Assembly: GCA_044376595.1 (NCBI GenBank)
Contig: JBILKS010000001.1
Location: 1 to 35,453, forward strand
Direction of reading: 5' to 3'
DNA: 35,453 bases
Source of the DNA: Ilumatobacteraceae bacterium
Lineage (GTDB): Bacteria > Actinomycetota > Acidimicrobiia > Acidimicrobiales > Ilumatobacteraceae
The position numbers were made by a program, and so were the translations under genes. The number at the start of each line of letters is the position of its first letter. Positions within the stretch are counted from its first letter, which is position 1. The notes beneath the pieces were generated by a model, which searched no databases, was not told the origin of the DNA, and saw nothing but the letters and a program-made list of their open reading frames with translations. Positions 24,674 through 34,008 of this stretch are shown here, one piece after another.

Positions 24674-25909
24674 TTAGAACGACACCCCCTCAGCCTCTCG
24701 ATTCTTCGCACTCGCCCGGAAGGCCAGCTGCATCATGATGAAACATACGACGACGACAGCGAGCGACAGCGGAATGACGATCAACTGATCCCACCCCTTG
24801 TCGTCGGCGAGACGCTGCGCGGCCAGCAACATGAACCACCCGAGCGAAGCCGGAATGAGGAACTTCCAGCCGATGTCCATGAGCTGGTCGTAACGGAAAC
24901 GGGGCAACGTGGCCCGGATCCAGACGTACACGTAGAGGAACACCAAGACCTTGAGCAGCAACCACACGGTTCCCTCGAGCCCGTTGGGGATGATGGGGAT
25001 GTCGAGGGTGGTGTCGCCGATGCTGATGGGCTGCGGGCCACCGAAGAACAGCGTGACCATCACTGCCGACATGGTGACGACGTTCATGAACTCCGCCAAG
25101 AAGAACAGGGCGAAACGAATCGACGAGTATTCGGTGTTGAATCCACCAACAAGTTCCTGCTCGGCTTCGACGAGGTCAAAAGGTGGGCGATTGAGTTCGG
25201 CGGTGGCTGAAATCAGGAAGATGACGAAGGGCACCACTCCGGTGGCAACCACGCCCCACGAACCGATCGAGCCTTGTGAACCGACGATGCCGCTGGTCGA
25301 CAGGGTTCCGGTGACCAGAATCACCGCTGCGAGCGACAATCCCAGCGCAGCCTCGTAGCTCACCATCTGGGCAGAAGCACGCACCGATCCGAGCAGCGGA
25401 TACTTCGATCCACTGGACCATCCGGCAAGCATGATGCCGTACACGGCGATGGAGGAGATGGCCAACGCAAACAACACCCCGATGGGCGGGTCGGCCAACT
25501 GAACGCGTGTCTGGTGTCCGAACCAGGTGACGAATCCACCATTGCCGTCGCGGAAGTCGCCTCCGAGCGGAATGATCGAGAAGGCGAGGAACGCCGGGAT
25601 CAGTGCGAGAAACGGTGCAAGGCGAAATACGAAACGATCCGCGCGCTCGGGGAGAAGGTCCTCTTTGAAGAACAACTTCGTTCCGTCGGCAAGTGTCTGG
25701 AGAATGCCCCACGGTCCGGCTTGGTTCGGCCCGAGACGGTTGTGCATACCGGCCACGGCCTTGCGCTCGAACCACACCATCAACATCGTTGCCAACAGCC
25801 CGATGACAAAGACCACCAGAACCTTGATCAAGACGATGAGGAGCGGCGTCCAGAGCAGATCGCCCTCGAGCAACGGATCAACGGCAAGGAAAGAGACGAG
25901 GGTGTTCAT
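24674..25909 (-). CDS. nuoH: NADH-quinone oxidoreductase subunit H (cluster 2)
   Basis: 411 aa with HNRLGPNQAGPWG, PPFDLVEAEQELVGGFNTEYSSIRFALFFLAEF and RFRYDQLM. Confidence 0.9.
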   Translation of the reverse strand: MNTLVSFLAVDPLLEGDLLWTPLLIVLIKVLVVFVIGLLATMLMVWFERKAVAGMHNRLGPNQAGPWGILQTLADGTKLFFKEDLLPERADRFVFRLAPFLALIPAFLAFSIIPLGGDFRDGNGGFVTWFGHQTRVQLADPPIGVLFALAISSIAVYGIMLAGWSSGSKYPLLGSVRASAQMVSYEAALGLSLAAVILVTGTLSTSGIVGSQGSIGSWGVVATGVVPFVIFLISATAELNRPPFDLVEAEQELVGGFNTEYSSIRFALFFLAEFMNVVTMSAVMVTLFFGGPQPISIGDTTLDIPIIPNGLEGTVWLLLKVLVFLYVYVWIRATLPRFRYDQLMDIGWKFLIPASLGWFMLLAAQRLADDKGWDQLIVIPLSLAVVVVCFIMMQLAFRASAKNREAEGVSF

Positions 25910-28248
25910 CAGATGTTCTCCACTCGGACGTCGGTGACGGCATCGCCGGAGACCAGCAGCTCACGCACGTCAGCTCCCGTTTGGTTGAACGGAATCCACG
26001 CGGTTCCCTTCGACACGCCGTCGTCGGCGCGCACCGGCAGGATGAGCGAGGTCCGCGTGGTGGACACGCGCACCTCCCGGCCCGCTGTGGCTCCGAGACG
26101 TTCGATGTCACGCGGGTTCAAGTGCACGGCAGTTCCGACACCCAACTGCGCGAGAGCCGGACTGTTGGCTGTACCCACAGCACGGTCGTACATCTTGCGC
26201 GAGACCACCAAACGAAAATCGTACGAGTTCCGATCGGGCGCAGTGACGCCTTGTGTCGTCATCGTCTCGACTGGAGTGACGGGATGCGCATCAGTGGCGA
26301 GATCCGTGAGTGAACCGATCTGAAGATCGCAGTCGAGTCGCATCGACAGTTCGGTTGCCACCATCCAGTCGGGTCGACTGGTACCGCGTGCAGTGACCTG
26401 CTGCGAAAGACAACTGATGCGACCCTCGATGTTCGTGGTGCTGCCCGTGCGCTCGGCGTATGCGGCAACCGGCAACACGATGTCGGCGATCGAGGACGAC
26501 GCCGTGAGGAAGGTGTCGAGAGCAACGATGCTTCGAGCACCTGCCATGCCACGCCGTGCAAGATCGACATCGGGAACGTCGTTCACCGGATCGGCTCCCA
26601 GCAGAACCAGACACTCGATCTGACCGTCGGCGGCGGCCCGCAGAATCGACTGGGTGTCGGCGCCACTGGTGGGAGCAAGACCTGCGCTCAATGCGCCCCG
26701 CACGTTTCCGCGACGCAGAACAGGAAGGACGCGAAGCCCTGCCACACCGGCGGCGAGCGCGTTGTACGCCTGGGCGGTGAAGTCGGCTGACTCGGCGAGA
26801 TTTGCCCGACCCAGCACGACGACGACATTGCCCTTGGCGAACTGCGCAGCGATCTCGGAGTCTCCGAGCGCACCGCGAACGGCGGCTGCCTGTGCGCCGG
26901 GCTCGAAAGGAATCGACTTCCACACGTACGGCGTCATGCCGCTGGACTTGGTGGAAAACTCGACGATGCGCACGCCGCGCTTCGTGGCGGCATCGCGCAA
27001 ACGCAGGTACAGGACCGGCAGTTCTTCTTTCAGATCCGGGGCGAGCAACACGACCGTGGTGGCCGCGGCTGCGTCGTTGATGCTGGCCTGGGGCAAGCCG
27101 AATATCTCGGAGGACAACCCGTCATCAAGTTGCGCATCGCGTTGCGTGATACCGAGCGAATCGGCCAGACGTGCCCATGCACGAGCATCCTCGTTTGCCA
27201 GACGCGATCCACCGATGATCGCCACGCTGTCGACGCCGCGTGAGCTGATTGCGAGCCGAATCGAACGTGCGGCTGCTTCGAGCGCCGTGTTCCATGACGC
27301 CGGTTCGAGGCCATTGGCCGATTTCATCAGCGGTGTTTCGACACGCGCATCGGCATTGATGGATTCGAAGTTGAAGCGACCGCGATCACACAGCCAACCC
27401 CAGTTCACGTCGTCGTCGTCGATTCCCTGATAACGCAGCAACTGGTCACGGCTGGACTGCACCGAAGTGCGGCAACCAACGGCACAAGTGGTACAGGTGC
27501 TCTCCGACTCTTCGAGATCCCACGGACGGGCCTTGAATCGATAGGGCTTGGCCGTCAATGCACCAACAGGACAGATCTGCACGGTGTTGCCGGAGAAGTA
27601 GGACGAAAAGGGCTCGTCGGGAAAGGTGAGCACCTGTGTGTTGTTCCCCCGATGAGTGAACGAAATCAACGGATCACCCGCGACGTCACTGGCAAAGCGC
27701 GTGCAGCGATCACAGAGGATGCAACGCTCACGGTCGAGATACACCAAGTCGCTGATGGCGATGGGCTTTTCGTAGTGACGCTTCTCTTCGACATAGCGAC
27801 TTTCGCCGGGACCGTGCGAGAACGCCTGATCTTGCAATGGGCATTCACCACCCTTGTCGCAGACCGGACAGTCGAGTGGGTGGTTGGCGAGAAGAAGTTC
27901 GAGGATGCCCTCTTGCGCTCTCTTGACCTGCTCGGTTTCCGTGCGCACGACCTGTCCGTCAGCCACCGGAGTCATGCACGACACCACCATCATCGGCCCA
28001 CGTGGACCTTCGACCTCGACCAGACACTGGCGGCACATGCCGACTGCCTTCATGCGGGGGTGGTAGCAGAAGCGCGGAATGAAGTCACCGGACCGATCAG
28101 CGGCGGCGATGATGAGTTCGCCCTTGCGTGCATCCACCTGACGGCCGTTGATGCTGATGCTGACGGCGTTCGGATCGACGACGACCGGGGTCTCTTCCGG
28201 CGCGGACTCATCGTGCGAAGCGGTCTCGGATTCGGTGGTACTCATCAT
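25909..28248 (-). CDS. nuoG: NADH-quinone oxidoreductase subunit G (cluster 2), 75-kDa Fe-S subunit
   Basis: 779 aa. 2Fe-2S region FCYHPRMKAVGMCRQCLVEV, then HPLDCPVCDKGGECPLQD and CILCDRCTRF...CPVGAL, followed by a molybdopterin-oxidoreductase-like domain. Confidence 0.9.
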   Translation of the reverse strand: MMSTTESETASHDESAPEETPVVVDPNAVSISINGRQVDARKGELIIAAADRSGDFIPRFCYHPRMKAVGMCRQCLVEVEGPRGPMMVVSCMTPVADGQVVRTETEQVKRAQEGILELLLANHPLDCPVCDKGGECPLQDQAFSHGPGESRYVEEKRHYEKPIAISDLVYLDRERCILCDRCTRFASDVAGDPLISFTHRGNNTQVLTFPDEPFSSYFSGNTVQICPVGALTAKPYRFKARPWDLEESESTCTTCAVGCRTSVQSSRDQLLRYQGIDDDDVNWGWLCDRGRFNFESINADARVETPLMKSANGLEPASWNTALEAAARSIRLAISSRGVDSVAIIGGSRLANEDARAWARLADSLGITQRDAQLDDGLSSEIFGLPQASINDAAAATTVVLLAPDLKEELPVLYLRLRDAATKRGVRIVEFSTKSSGMTPYVWKSIPFEPGAQAAAVRGALGDSEIAAQFAKGNVVVVLGRANLAESADFTAQAYNALAAGVAGLRVLPVLRRGNVRGALSAGLAPTSGADTQSILRAAADGQIECLVLLGADPVNDVPDVDLARRGMAGARSIVALDTFLTASSSIADIVLPVAAYAERTGSTTNIEGRISCLSQQVTARGTSRPDWMVATELSMRLDCDLQIGSLTDLATDAHPVTPVETMTTQGVTAPDRNSYDFRLVVSRKMYDRAVGTANSPALAQLGVGTAVHLNPRDIERLGATAGREVRVSTTRTSLILPVRADDGVSKGTAWIPFNQTGADVRELLVSGDAVTDVRVENI

Positions 28249-29642
28249 TCACCCCCTACGGCGGTGACAGGGATGCGATTGCGCTTGGTGACACGCGCCG
28301 CAAACTCTTCCGGGAACAGCGTGAGAGCGGAGTTGACCGGTGCGTAGGCAGACGGTCCGACGAAACAGATGGTTGTCATCTTGTACGGAAAAGGCACTGC
28401 AGACAATCCCAAACGTTCACTGGAGGCGTGTGGGAAATCACCGGGACAGATCGAGCTGCCCACTTCGACAAGCTGTTCGAGGTCGGCATCGGTGCCGTGT
28501 CCATCGACAATACGTGTGAGGATCCGCTCGAGCCACGTTCCGCCTTCGCGACACGGTGTGCACTTGCCGCACGATTCGTGCGCGTAGAACCGCGTGAGGG
28601 TGAGTGCCGCCGCGGGAATGTCGGTTGTTTCGTCCATCACCATGATGGCTCCCGATCCGAGCATCGATCCGGCCGGACCAACTTGGCTTCCTTCGAAAGG
28701 AAGATCGAGTTGGTCGGGCAGGAACCAAGGAGCCGAACCGCCGCCCGGAACGAACGCCTTCAGTTGGCGACCGTTGCGAATCCCCTGGCAGAACTCCTCA
28801 CCGTAGAAGAGATCACGGAAGGTGGTGATGCCGTTGATGATCTCGTAGACGCCCGGACGATTCACGTGACCTGACACCGCAACCATGCGCGTACCGGGGG
28901 ACGTCTTCGTACCGATCGCCGTGTAGGCCTCGGCCCCGTTGCGTGCGAGCCACGGCAGATTGGCCAGAGTCTCGACGTTGTTCACGATCGTGGGCTGACC
29001 GTACAGACCGATTGCAGCCGGGAAGTACGGGGGCTTCAAACGTGGCATTCCACGGTTGCCTTCGAGACTTTCGATCAAAGCAGTTTCTTCGCCCACCACA
29101 TAGGCACCGGCTCCCCAATGCAACACGATGTCGACCGAGAATTGTGATCCGAGAATGTTCTTGCCCACGTAACCGGCGGCGTACGCCTCGTTCAGCGCCG
29201 CGGCAACGCGCTCTTGTGCAAGGGCCATCTCTCCCCGGATGTACAGGAAGCAACGCGACAGTCCGGCCGCGTAACAAGCGATCAAACAACCTTCGATCAA
29301 CTGATGGGGATCGCGCTCCATGAGCAGACGGTCCTTGTAAGTGCCCGGTTCGCTTTCGTCGCCGTTGACCACGAGGTAGCGCGGATAGACACCCTGCGGC
29401 GTGAGACCCCATTTGGTTCCGGCAGGAAATCCTGCCCCGCCTCTTCCCAGCACTGTTGCATTCTTGACTTCTTCGTGAACGTCGGACGCGGGACGTGACA
29501 GGGCACTTCGCAAACCCGAATAACCATCGGTGGCGAGGTAACGGTCGAGCGTGTACGAGTCGGCGTACTCGAAACGCGACGTCACGATCCTCGGGCGATC
29601 ACCGGCATAGAAGCCCGCCGCGTGTGCGTAAGAACCGGTCAT
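28245..29642 (-). CDS. nuoF: NADH-quinone oxidoreductase subunit F (cluster 2), NADH/FMN-binding
   Basis: 465 aa from the ATG at 29642 (MTGSYAHAAGFY...). GRGGAGFPAGTKW (FMN/NADH site) and ESCGKCTPCREG (N3 cluster). ATGA overlap with the nuoE stop. The 547-aa track ORF is an upstream run-on. Confidence 0.9.
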   Translation of the reverse strand: MTGSYAHAAGFYAGDRPRIVTSRFEYADSYTLDRYLATDGYSGLRSALSRPASDVHEEVKNATVLGRGGAGFPAGTKWGLTPQGVYPRYLVVNGDESEPGTYKDRLLMERDPHQLIEGCLIACYAAGLSRCFLYIRGEMALAQERVAAALNEAYAAGYVGKNILGSQFSVDIVLHWGAGAYVVGEETALIESLEGNRGMPRLKPPYFPAAIGLYGQPTIVNNVETLANLPWLARNGAEAYTAIGTKTSPGTRMVAVSGHVNRPGVYEIINGITTFRDLFYGEEFCQGIRNGRQLKAFVPGGGSAPWFLPDQLDLPFEGSQVGPAGSMLGSGAIMVMDETTDIPAAALTLTRFYAHESCGKCTPCREGGTWLERILTRIVDGHGTDADLEQLVEVGSSICPGDFPHASSERLGLSAVPFPYKMTTICFVGPSAYAPVNSALTLFPEEFAARVTKRNRIPVTAVGGE

Positions 29643-30253
29643 AGTGCGGCCTTCCCATCCATCCATACGGGAGCGTCGGTGACGTCTTCGGGACGAACCG
29701 CACCCACTGCCCGATCCGCCGGGATGTGCTGACGTACTTTTGCAAGCGTTCCGTGCGGCGGAATCTCGTCTGCCAATTTCCCTGCGGCAAGGTCGTCGAT
29801 CAGGGTGTCGAGTTGATCGGGTGTCATGCGGAATCGGTAGCGGTAGTTGACCTGGAGACAAGGAGCCTCGGTGCATGCCGCCTGACACTCGGCGTGTTCG
29901 AGCGTGAAAAGTCCGTCGGGTGTGGTTCCACCGGGCTTGACCCCGAGACGATGCTCGGCGCGATGCATCAACTCATCGGCACCCAGCAATGCGCACGACA
30001 TGGTGCCGCAGATGTTGATGACGTACTTGCCGACGGGTTCGAACTTGAACATCTCGTAGAACGACGCGGTTCCGAGAACCTCGGCAGGCGTGACACCCAC
30101 GAGCTCGGCGATGTGCTTCATTGCGGTTTCCGTGACGTAGCCGTTTTGCTCTTGCGAGAGATGCAGCAATGGGATCAGCGCCGACTTGGGTCGTGGGTAC
30201 CGCGAGATGATCTCCTGTGCGATCGCCACGTTTGCATCGTTCAAGCGGCTCAT
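29639..30253 (-). CDS. nuoE: NADH-quinone oxidoreductase subunit E (cluster 2), 2Fe-2S
   Basis: 204 aa from the ATG at 30253 (MSRLNDANVAIAQEIISRYP...). ICGTMSCALLG and ECQAACTEAPCLQVN cysteine motifs. ATGA overlap with the nuoD stop. Confidence 0.9.
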   Translation of the reverse strand: MSRLNDANVAIAQEIISRYPRPKSALIPLLHLSQEQNGYVTETAMKHIAELVGVTPAEVLGTASFYEMFKFEPVGKYVINICGTMSCALLGADELMHRAEHRLGVKPGGTTPDGLFTLEHAECQAACTEAPCLQVNYRYRFRMTPDQLDTLIDDLAAGKLADEIPPHGTLAKVRQHIPADRAVGAVRPEDVTDAPVWMDGKAAL

Positions 30254-31596
30254 CGGTCCACCTCGCCAAGCACCGGGTCCACGGAGGAAATCACCGCAAC
30301 GGCGTCGGCCACAAGACCGTTGCGCATCATGTGCGGCAGACACTGAACGTTGACGAACGACGGTGCACGCATGTGAATGCGGTACGGCTTTGGTGAACCG
30401 TCACTGACGATGTAGCACCCGATCTCGCCGCGTGGACTCTCGATACCCACGTACACCTCGCCTTCGGGCACCTTGAATCCCTCGGTGAAGATCTTGAAGT
30501 GGTGGATCAAGGCCTCCATCGACTCATCGATGCGAGCGCGTGGCGGCGGTGTGACCTTCTTGTCCTGGATGCGATAGTCGCCCGACGGCATGCGGTCGAG
30601 AATCTGACGAACGATCTTCATCGACTCACGGATCTCGTTGAGGCGAATCGCGTAGCGATCGAAGGCGTCGCCATAGGAACCGACGATGACGTCAAACTCC
30701 ATCTCTTCGTAGCGGAGATACGGCATGTCACGACGCAAATCCCACGGCACTCCGGTGGAGCGCAGAATCGGACCCGTGGCACCGAGCGCCGCGGCCTCTT
30801 GAGCCGTGATGACACCGACACCCTGCAGGCGCTCGCGCCAGATGGGCTGATCTGTCATCAACACGTCGTACTCGGCGAGGCGGGCGGGGAGACGATCGAG
30901 GATGTCGAGAACATCGTCTCGCCATCCGGCGGGAAGATCGGCTGCCAGACCGCCGGGCCGGATGAAGTTGTGATTCATCCGCAAGCCGGTGACCTTCTGG
31001 AAGAAGCGCAGAACTTCTTCTCGTTCACGCCAGCCGTAGATCATCATCGACACCGCACCGATGTCCATGCCGTTGGTGGCGAGGAACAAGAGGTGGCTCG
31101 ACATGCGATTCAGCTCGGAGAGCAACATCCGCATCCACACCGCGCGCTCAGGAATGTCGTTGTCGATACCCAACAACTTTTCCACCGCCATGGAGAACAC
31201 GAGTTCGTTGTTCAAGGGTGACAGATAGTCCATGCGAGTGACGTTGGTGCCACCCTGCATGTAGGTGAGATCCTCACCGGTCTTTTCCATCCCGGTGTGC
31301 AGGTAGCCGATGATCGGCTTGCAACGCAGAACTCGTTCACCCTGCAACTCCAACATCAGGCGCAAAACTCCGTGCGTGCTGGGATGTTGCGGTCCCATGT
31401 TGATGATCATCGTCTGATCTTCTGCGACTTCAGCGTCGTTGACGTCGTGACCCAGAGCCGCAGCCTCGGTCTCGCTGAGTCGCAGCACGGCTCCGACTTC
31501 GCGCATGACTTCCTTGGCAGTGAGTTCGCTGCGTGAGCGCATCTCTTGATTGCCCTCGCCGGTGGCCTGTGGCGTTGCGGTGATGAGATCGGTCAT
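30250..31596 (-). CDS. nuoD: NADH-quinone oxidoreductase subunit D (cluster 2)
   Basis: 448 aa with MIINMGPQHPSTHGVLRLMLEL, HTGMEK and a C-terminal SVDPVLGEVDR. Confidence 0.9.
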   Translation of the reverse strand: MTDLITATPQATGEGNQEMRSRSELTAKEVMREVGAVLRLSETEAAALGHDVNDAEVAEDQTMIINMGPQHPSTHGVLRLMLELQGERVLRCKPIIGYLHTGMEKTGEDLTYMQGGTNVTRMDYLSPLNNELVFSMAVEKLLGIDNDIPERAVWMRMLLSELNRMSSHLLFLATNGMDIGAVSMMIYGWREREEVLRFFQKVTGLRMNHNFIRPGGLAADLPAGWRDDVLDILDRLPARLAEYDVLMTDQPIWRERLQGVGVITAQEAAALGATGPILRSTGVPWDLRRDMPYLRYEEMEFDVIVGSYGDAFDRYAIRLNEIRESMKIVRQILDRMPSGDYRIQDKKVTPPPRARIDESMEALIHHFKIFTEGFKVPEGEVYVGIESPRGEIGCYIVSDGSPKPYRIHMRAPSFVNVQCLPHMMRNGLVADAVAVISSVDPVLGEVDR

Positions 31597-32102
31597 GTGG
31601 GTGAACCTTTGAACTGAACGGGAATGCGCCCGATGGCGTAGTCCTTGCGCAATGGGTGTCCTTCCCAGTCTTCGGGCATCAAGATGCGCGAAGGGTCGGG
31701 GTGTCCGTCGAACCCGATGCCGAACATGTCGAACACCTCGCGTTCCATTGCCTCGGTCCCGGGATACAGATCGAACGCGGTGGGCAAGACTGCATCAGAC
31801 TCGGGAACTTCGACACGCACACGAATTCGTTCACGCCGTTCGAGCGAGATCAGATTCAGCACGACTTCGAAACGCTCTTTCGGTTTGCCCACACGAGACT
31901 GATAGGTGGAGTAATCGACCGCGGTGAGGTCCGAACACAGAACGAAGGTGTCGTCGACCAATGCCTTGAGGGTTGCGATGTACTGCTCTCGCGTTGGGTG
32001 CAGAACAACCTGCCCGCGCGAATCGGAGACATTCACTCCGTAACGCTGCGACACGACAGGGGTTTGGTCAGTCGTCTCTTGTGAGTCGGGCGAGTCGCTC
32101 AT
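31593..32102 (-). CDS. nuoC: NADH-quinone oxidoreductase subunit C (cluster 2)
   Basis: 169 aa from the ATG at 32102 (MSDSPDSQETTDQ...). EREVFDMFGIGFDGHPDPSRILMPEDWEGHPLRKDY motif. Confidence 0.85.
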   Translation of the reverse strand: MSDSPDSQETTDQTPVVSQRYGVNVSDSRGQVVLHPTREQYIATLKALVDDTFVLCSDLTAVDYSTYQSRVGKPKERFEVVLNLISLERRERIRVRVEVPESDAVLPTAFDLYPGTEAMEREVFDMFGIGFDGHPDPSRILMPEDWEGHPLRKDYAIGRIPVQFKGSPT

Positions 32103-32103
32103 G

Positions 32104-32691
32104 TCAGCGGGCTCCGAGGATGACGGGGGCCGACACGGCACCCGCCGGGATTTCGGTGACATGAATGTTGGCACCTGCGCCTGTTTCGCTGCGCCTGCGC
32201 ATGATCTCGCCGTTTTCGATCAACTGGTGCAAGGTCTCGATTGCATGAATCAACGTCTCGGGCGTGGGGGGACATCCCGGTGCATACACATCCACGGGAA
32301 CCACCTGATCGACACCCTGGACGATGGCGTAGTTGTTGAACATGCCGCCACTCGATGCACACACGCCCATGGAGATGACCCACTTGGGTTCCATCATTTG
32401 GTCGTACACCTGGCGGAGCACCGGAGCCATTTTCTGGCTCACGCGACCGGCAACGATCATGATGTCTGCCTGACGCGGCGAAGCGCGAAACACCTCCATG
32501 CCGAAACGGCCGATGTCGTAGTGTGCCGCGCCCGTTGCCATCATTTCGATGGCACAACACGCAAGACCGAACGAGGCCGGCCACGAGGAACGGGCACGTG
32601 ACCAGTTCACCAGATCTTCGATACGACCCGTGAGGAAGTTGTGTTGGAGTCCCCCGAGTCCGTCGTCGAGCACGTTTCCCACCAGTCCCAT
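32104..32691 (-). CDS. nuoB: NADH-quinone oxidoreductase subunit B (cluster 2)
   Basis: 195 aa with [22 protein letters not shown] and [11 protein letters not shown]. Confidence 0.9.
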   Translation of the reverse strand: MGLVGNVLDDGLGGLQHNFLTGRIEDLVNWSRARSSWPASFGLACCAIEMMATGAAHYDIGRFGMEVFRASPRQADIMIVAGRVSQKMAPVLRQVYDQMMEPKWVISMGVCASSGGMFNNYAIVQGVDQVVPVDVYAPGCPPTPETLIHAIETLHQLIENGEIMRRRSETGAGANIHVTEIPAGAVSAPVILGAR

Positions 32692-33179
32692 TATGCGGCC
32701 TCACCCTGTTGGTCGATTTCAGTGTGACGTCCTTCGGCACCCACGCGACGGATCGTCGACGATGTGGTTCGGGTGGAAGAGATCACGCCGTCGAGAGAAC
32801 TGTCGAGACGCTGGTACTTCTGCACGGGTCCCCAATCCAATGCACCGCGGGCAACCACGTAGACGAACGCGACGAAGAACACCGCACTGAATGCGAGCAT
32901 TTCGAAAAAGGCGAACGAGCCGAGGAACTGACGATCCACTGCGAAGGGATAGACGAAGATGATTTCGATGTCGAACATGATGAACAACATCGCCACGATG
33001 TAGAAGGACACCGGAAAACGCTGTGGGGGTTCGCGACTCGGCACGATGCCGCACTCGTACGGGGCTTCTTTCGCGGCATTCGGTCGATTCGGAGCCAACA
33101 GCTTCGATGCCACCAAGCTGAGTGCACCGAAGAGGAACGCCAAGATCCCGAGAACCACGACCGGGAGGTATTGCCCCAC
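32691..33179 (-). CDS. nuoA: NADH-quinone oxidoreductase subunit A (cluster 2), with a hydrophilic C-terminal extension of about 40 aa
   Basis: 162 aa, GTG start at 33179. YECGIVPS...[22 protein letters not shown] motif. The TAA shares one base with the nuoB ATG. Confidence 0.85.
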   Translation of the reverse strand: MGQYLPVVVLGILAFLFGALSLVASKLLAPNRPNAAKEAPYECGIVPSREPPQRFPVSFYIVAMLFIMFDIEIIFVYPFAVDRQFLGSFAFFEMLAFSAVFFVAFVYVVARGALDWGPVQKYQRLDSSLDGVISSTRTTSSTIRRVGAEGRHTEIDQQGEAA

Positions 33180-33183
33180 TGTT

Positions 33184-34008
33184 CTAGACCTCTGCCGGAT
33201 TCAACTCGCCCGAGACGTTCTGGCGAACGAAACGATCACGACGGTGCAACAACCAGCACAGAATCGCGAAGATGAGCGTGGAGCCGATGGTGATGAAAGC
33301 GGCCGGCTGGCGACGTGACCCGAGATCGCGCACCATCAAGAGGTAACGATGTGGCTGCGTCTCGTCGATCACCGGTTTGGCTGGGGCGCGACCCGGTTCG
33401 GTGCGCTGCGGCACGAGTGGCGCAACTTCGACCAGCGCGTAGCGAGGCTTGTGGAAGAACGCGACAAAGTCGAGGGATTCGCCAATCTTGGGGCTGCGCT
33501 CGCCACCGCGGTCGTACACCGCGATCGAGGTGTACTCGCCCGCGGCGAACTCCTGCGCCTTGTTCTGCAAGATGTCGTCGGCAGATGCAATGGCCTGTCC
33601 ACGACGCGGATCTGCTTCGTCGAGTTTGGTCCAACCTTCACTGGTGAGGTCGGCTTCGACGGCGGCAGCGACTTCTCGCGGCGTCGCACCCTCGTCGACC
33701 TTGACGGGCTTTTCCACCACTTCGGCGCGATCAATCAACGTTCCGTCTCGGATGATGGAGATCGGATTGGCCGGTTTCCATGACGGTTGGGTTCCCTGCA
33801 AACCGATGCCGTACGTCCACCACACGGCTCCCATCAGTGCCATCCATCCGGCAAGACCTGCCAAGGACAACAACAGGCCCAAGCGGGCTCCGACGTTGGT
33901 GCCCAAGATGAGATAGGTACTCCCCATCAGAACCACCACGCCGATGAGAACCACAGTGATACCGCGGATCTCCGGTTCCCATGAAATGGCCAGAAGGCTC
34001 GACAACAT
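33184..34008 (-). CDS. Uncharacterised membrane protein (2 N-terminal TM, soluble domain of about 170 aa, 1 C-terminal TM)
   Basis: 274-aa ORF. Predicted TMs: ITVVLIGVVVLMGSTYLIL, LGLLLSLAGLAGWMALMGAVWW and AAFITIGSTLIFAILCWLL. I recognise no family signature. The ATG overlaps the cytochrome c stop (ATGA), and the stop lies 4 nt before the nuoA GTG. Confidence 0.7.
   Translation of the reverse strand: MLSSLLAISWEPEIRGITVVLIGVVVLMGSTYLILGTNVGARLGLLLSLAGLAGWMALMGAVWWTYGIGLQGTQPSWKPANPISIIRDGTLIDRAEVVEKPVKVDEGATPREVAAAVEADLTSEGWTKLDEADPRRGQAIASADDILQNKAQEFAAGEYTSIAVYDRGGERSPKIGESLDFVAFFHKPRYALVEVAPLVPQRTEPGRAPAKPVIDETQPHRYLLMVRDLGSRRQPAAFITIGSTLIFAILCWLLHRRDRFVRQNVSGELNPAEV

Noticed and set aside
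5588-33179. The two nuo clusters as a recent duplication or an assembly artefact
   Set aside because: The paralogous proteins are strongly diverged (for example NuoK1 vs NuoK2, and the NuoD1 C-terminus LGDIDR vs LGEVDR with different N-termini). Gene content, lengths and junction structures also differ.
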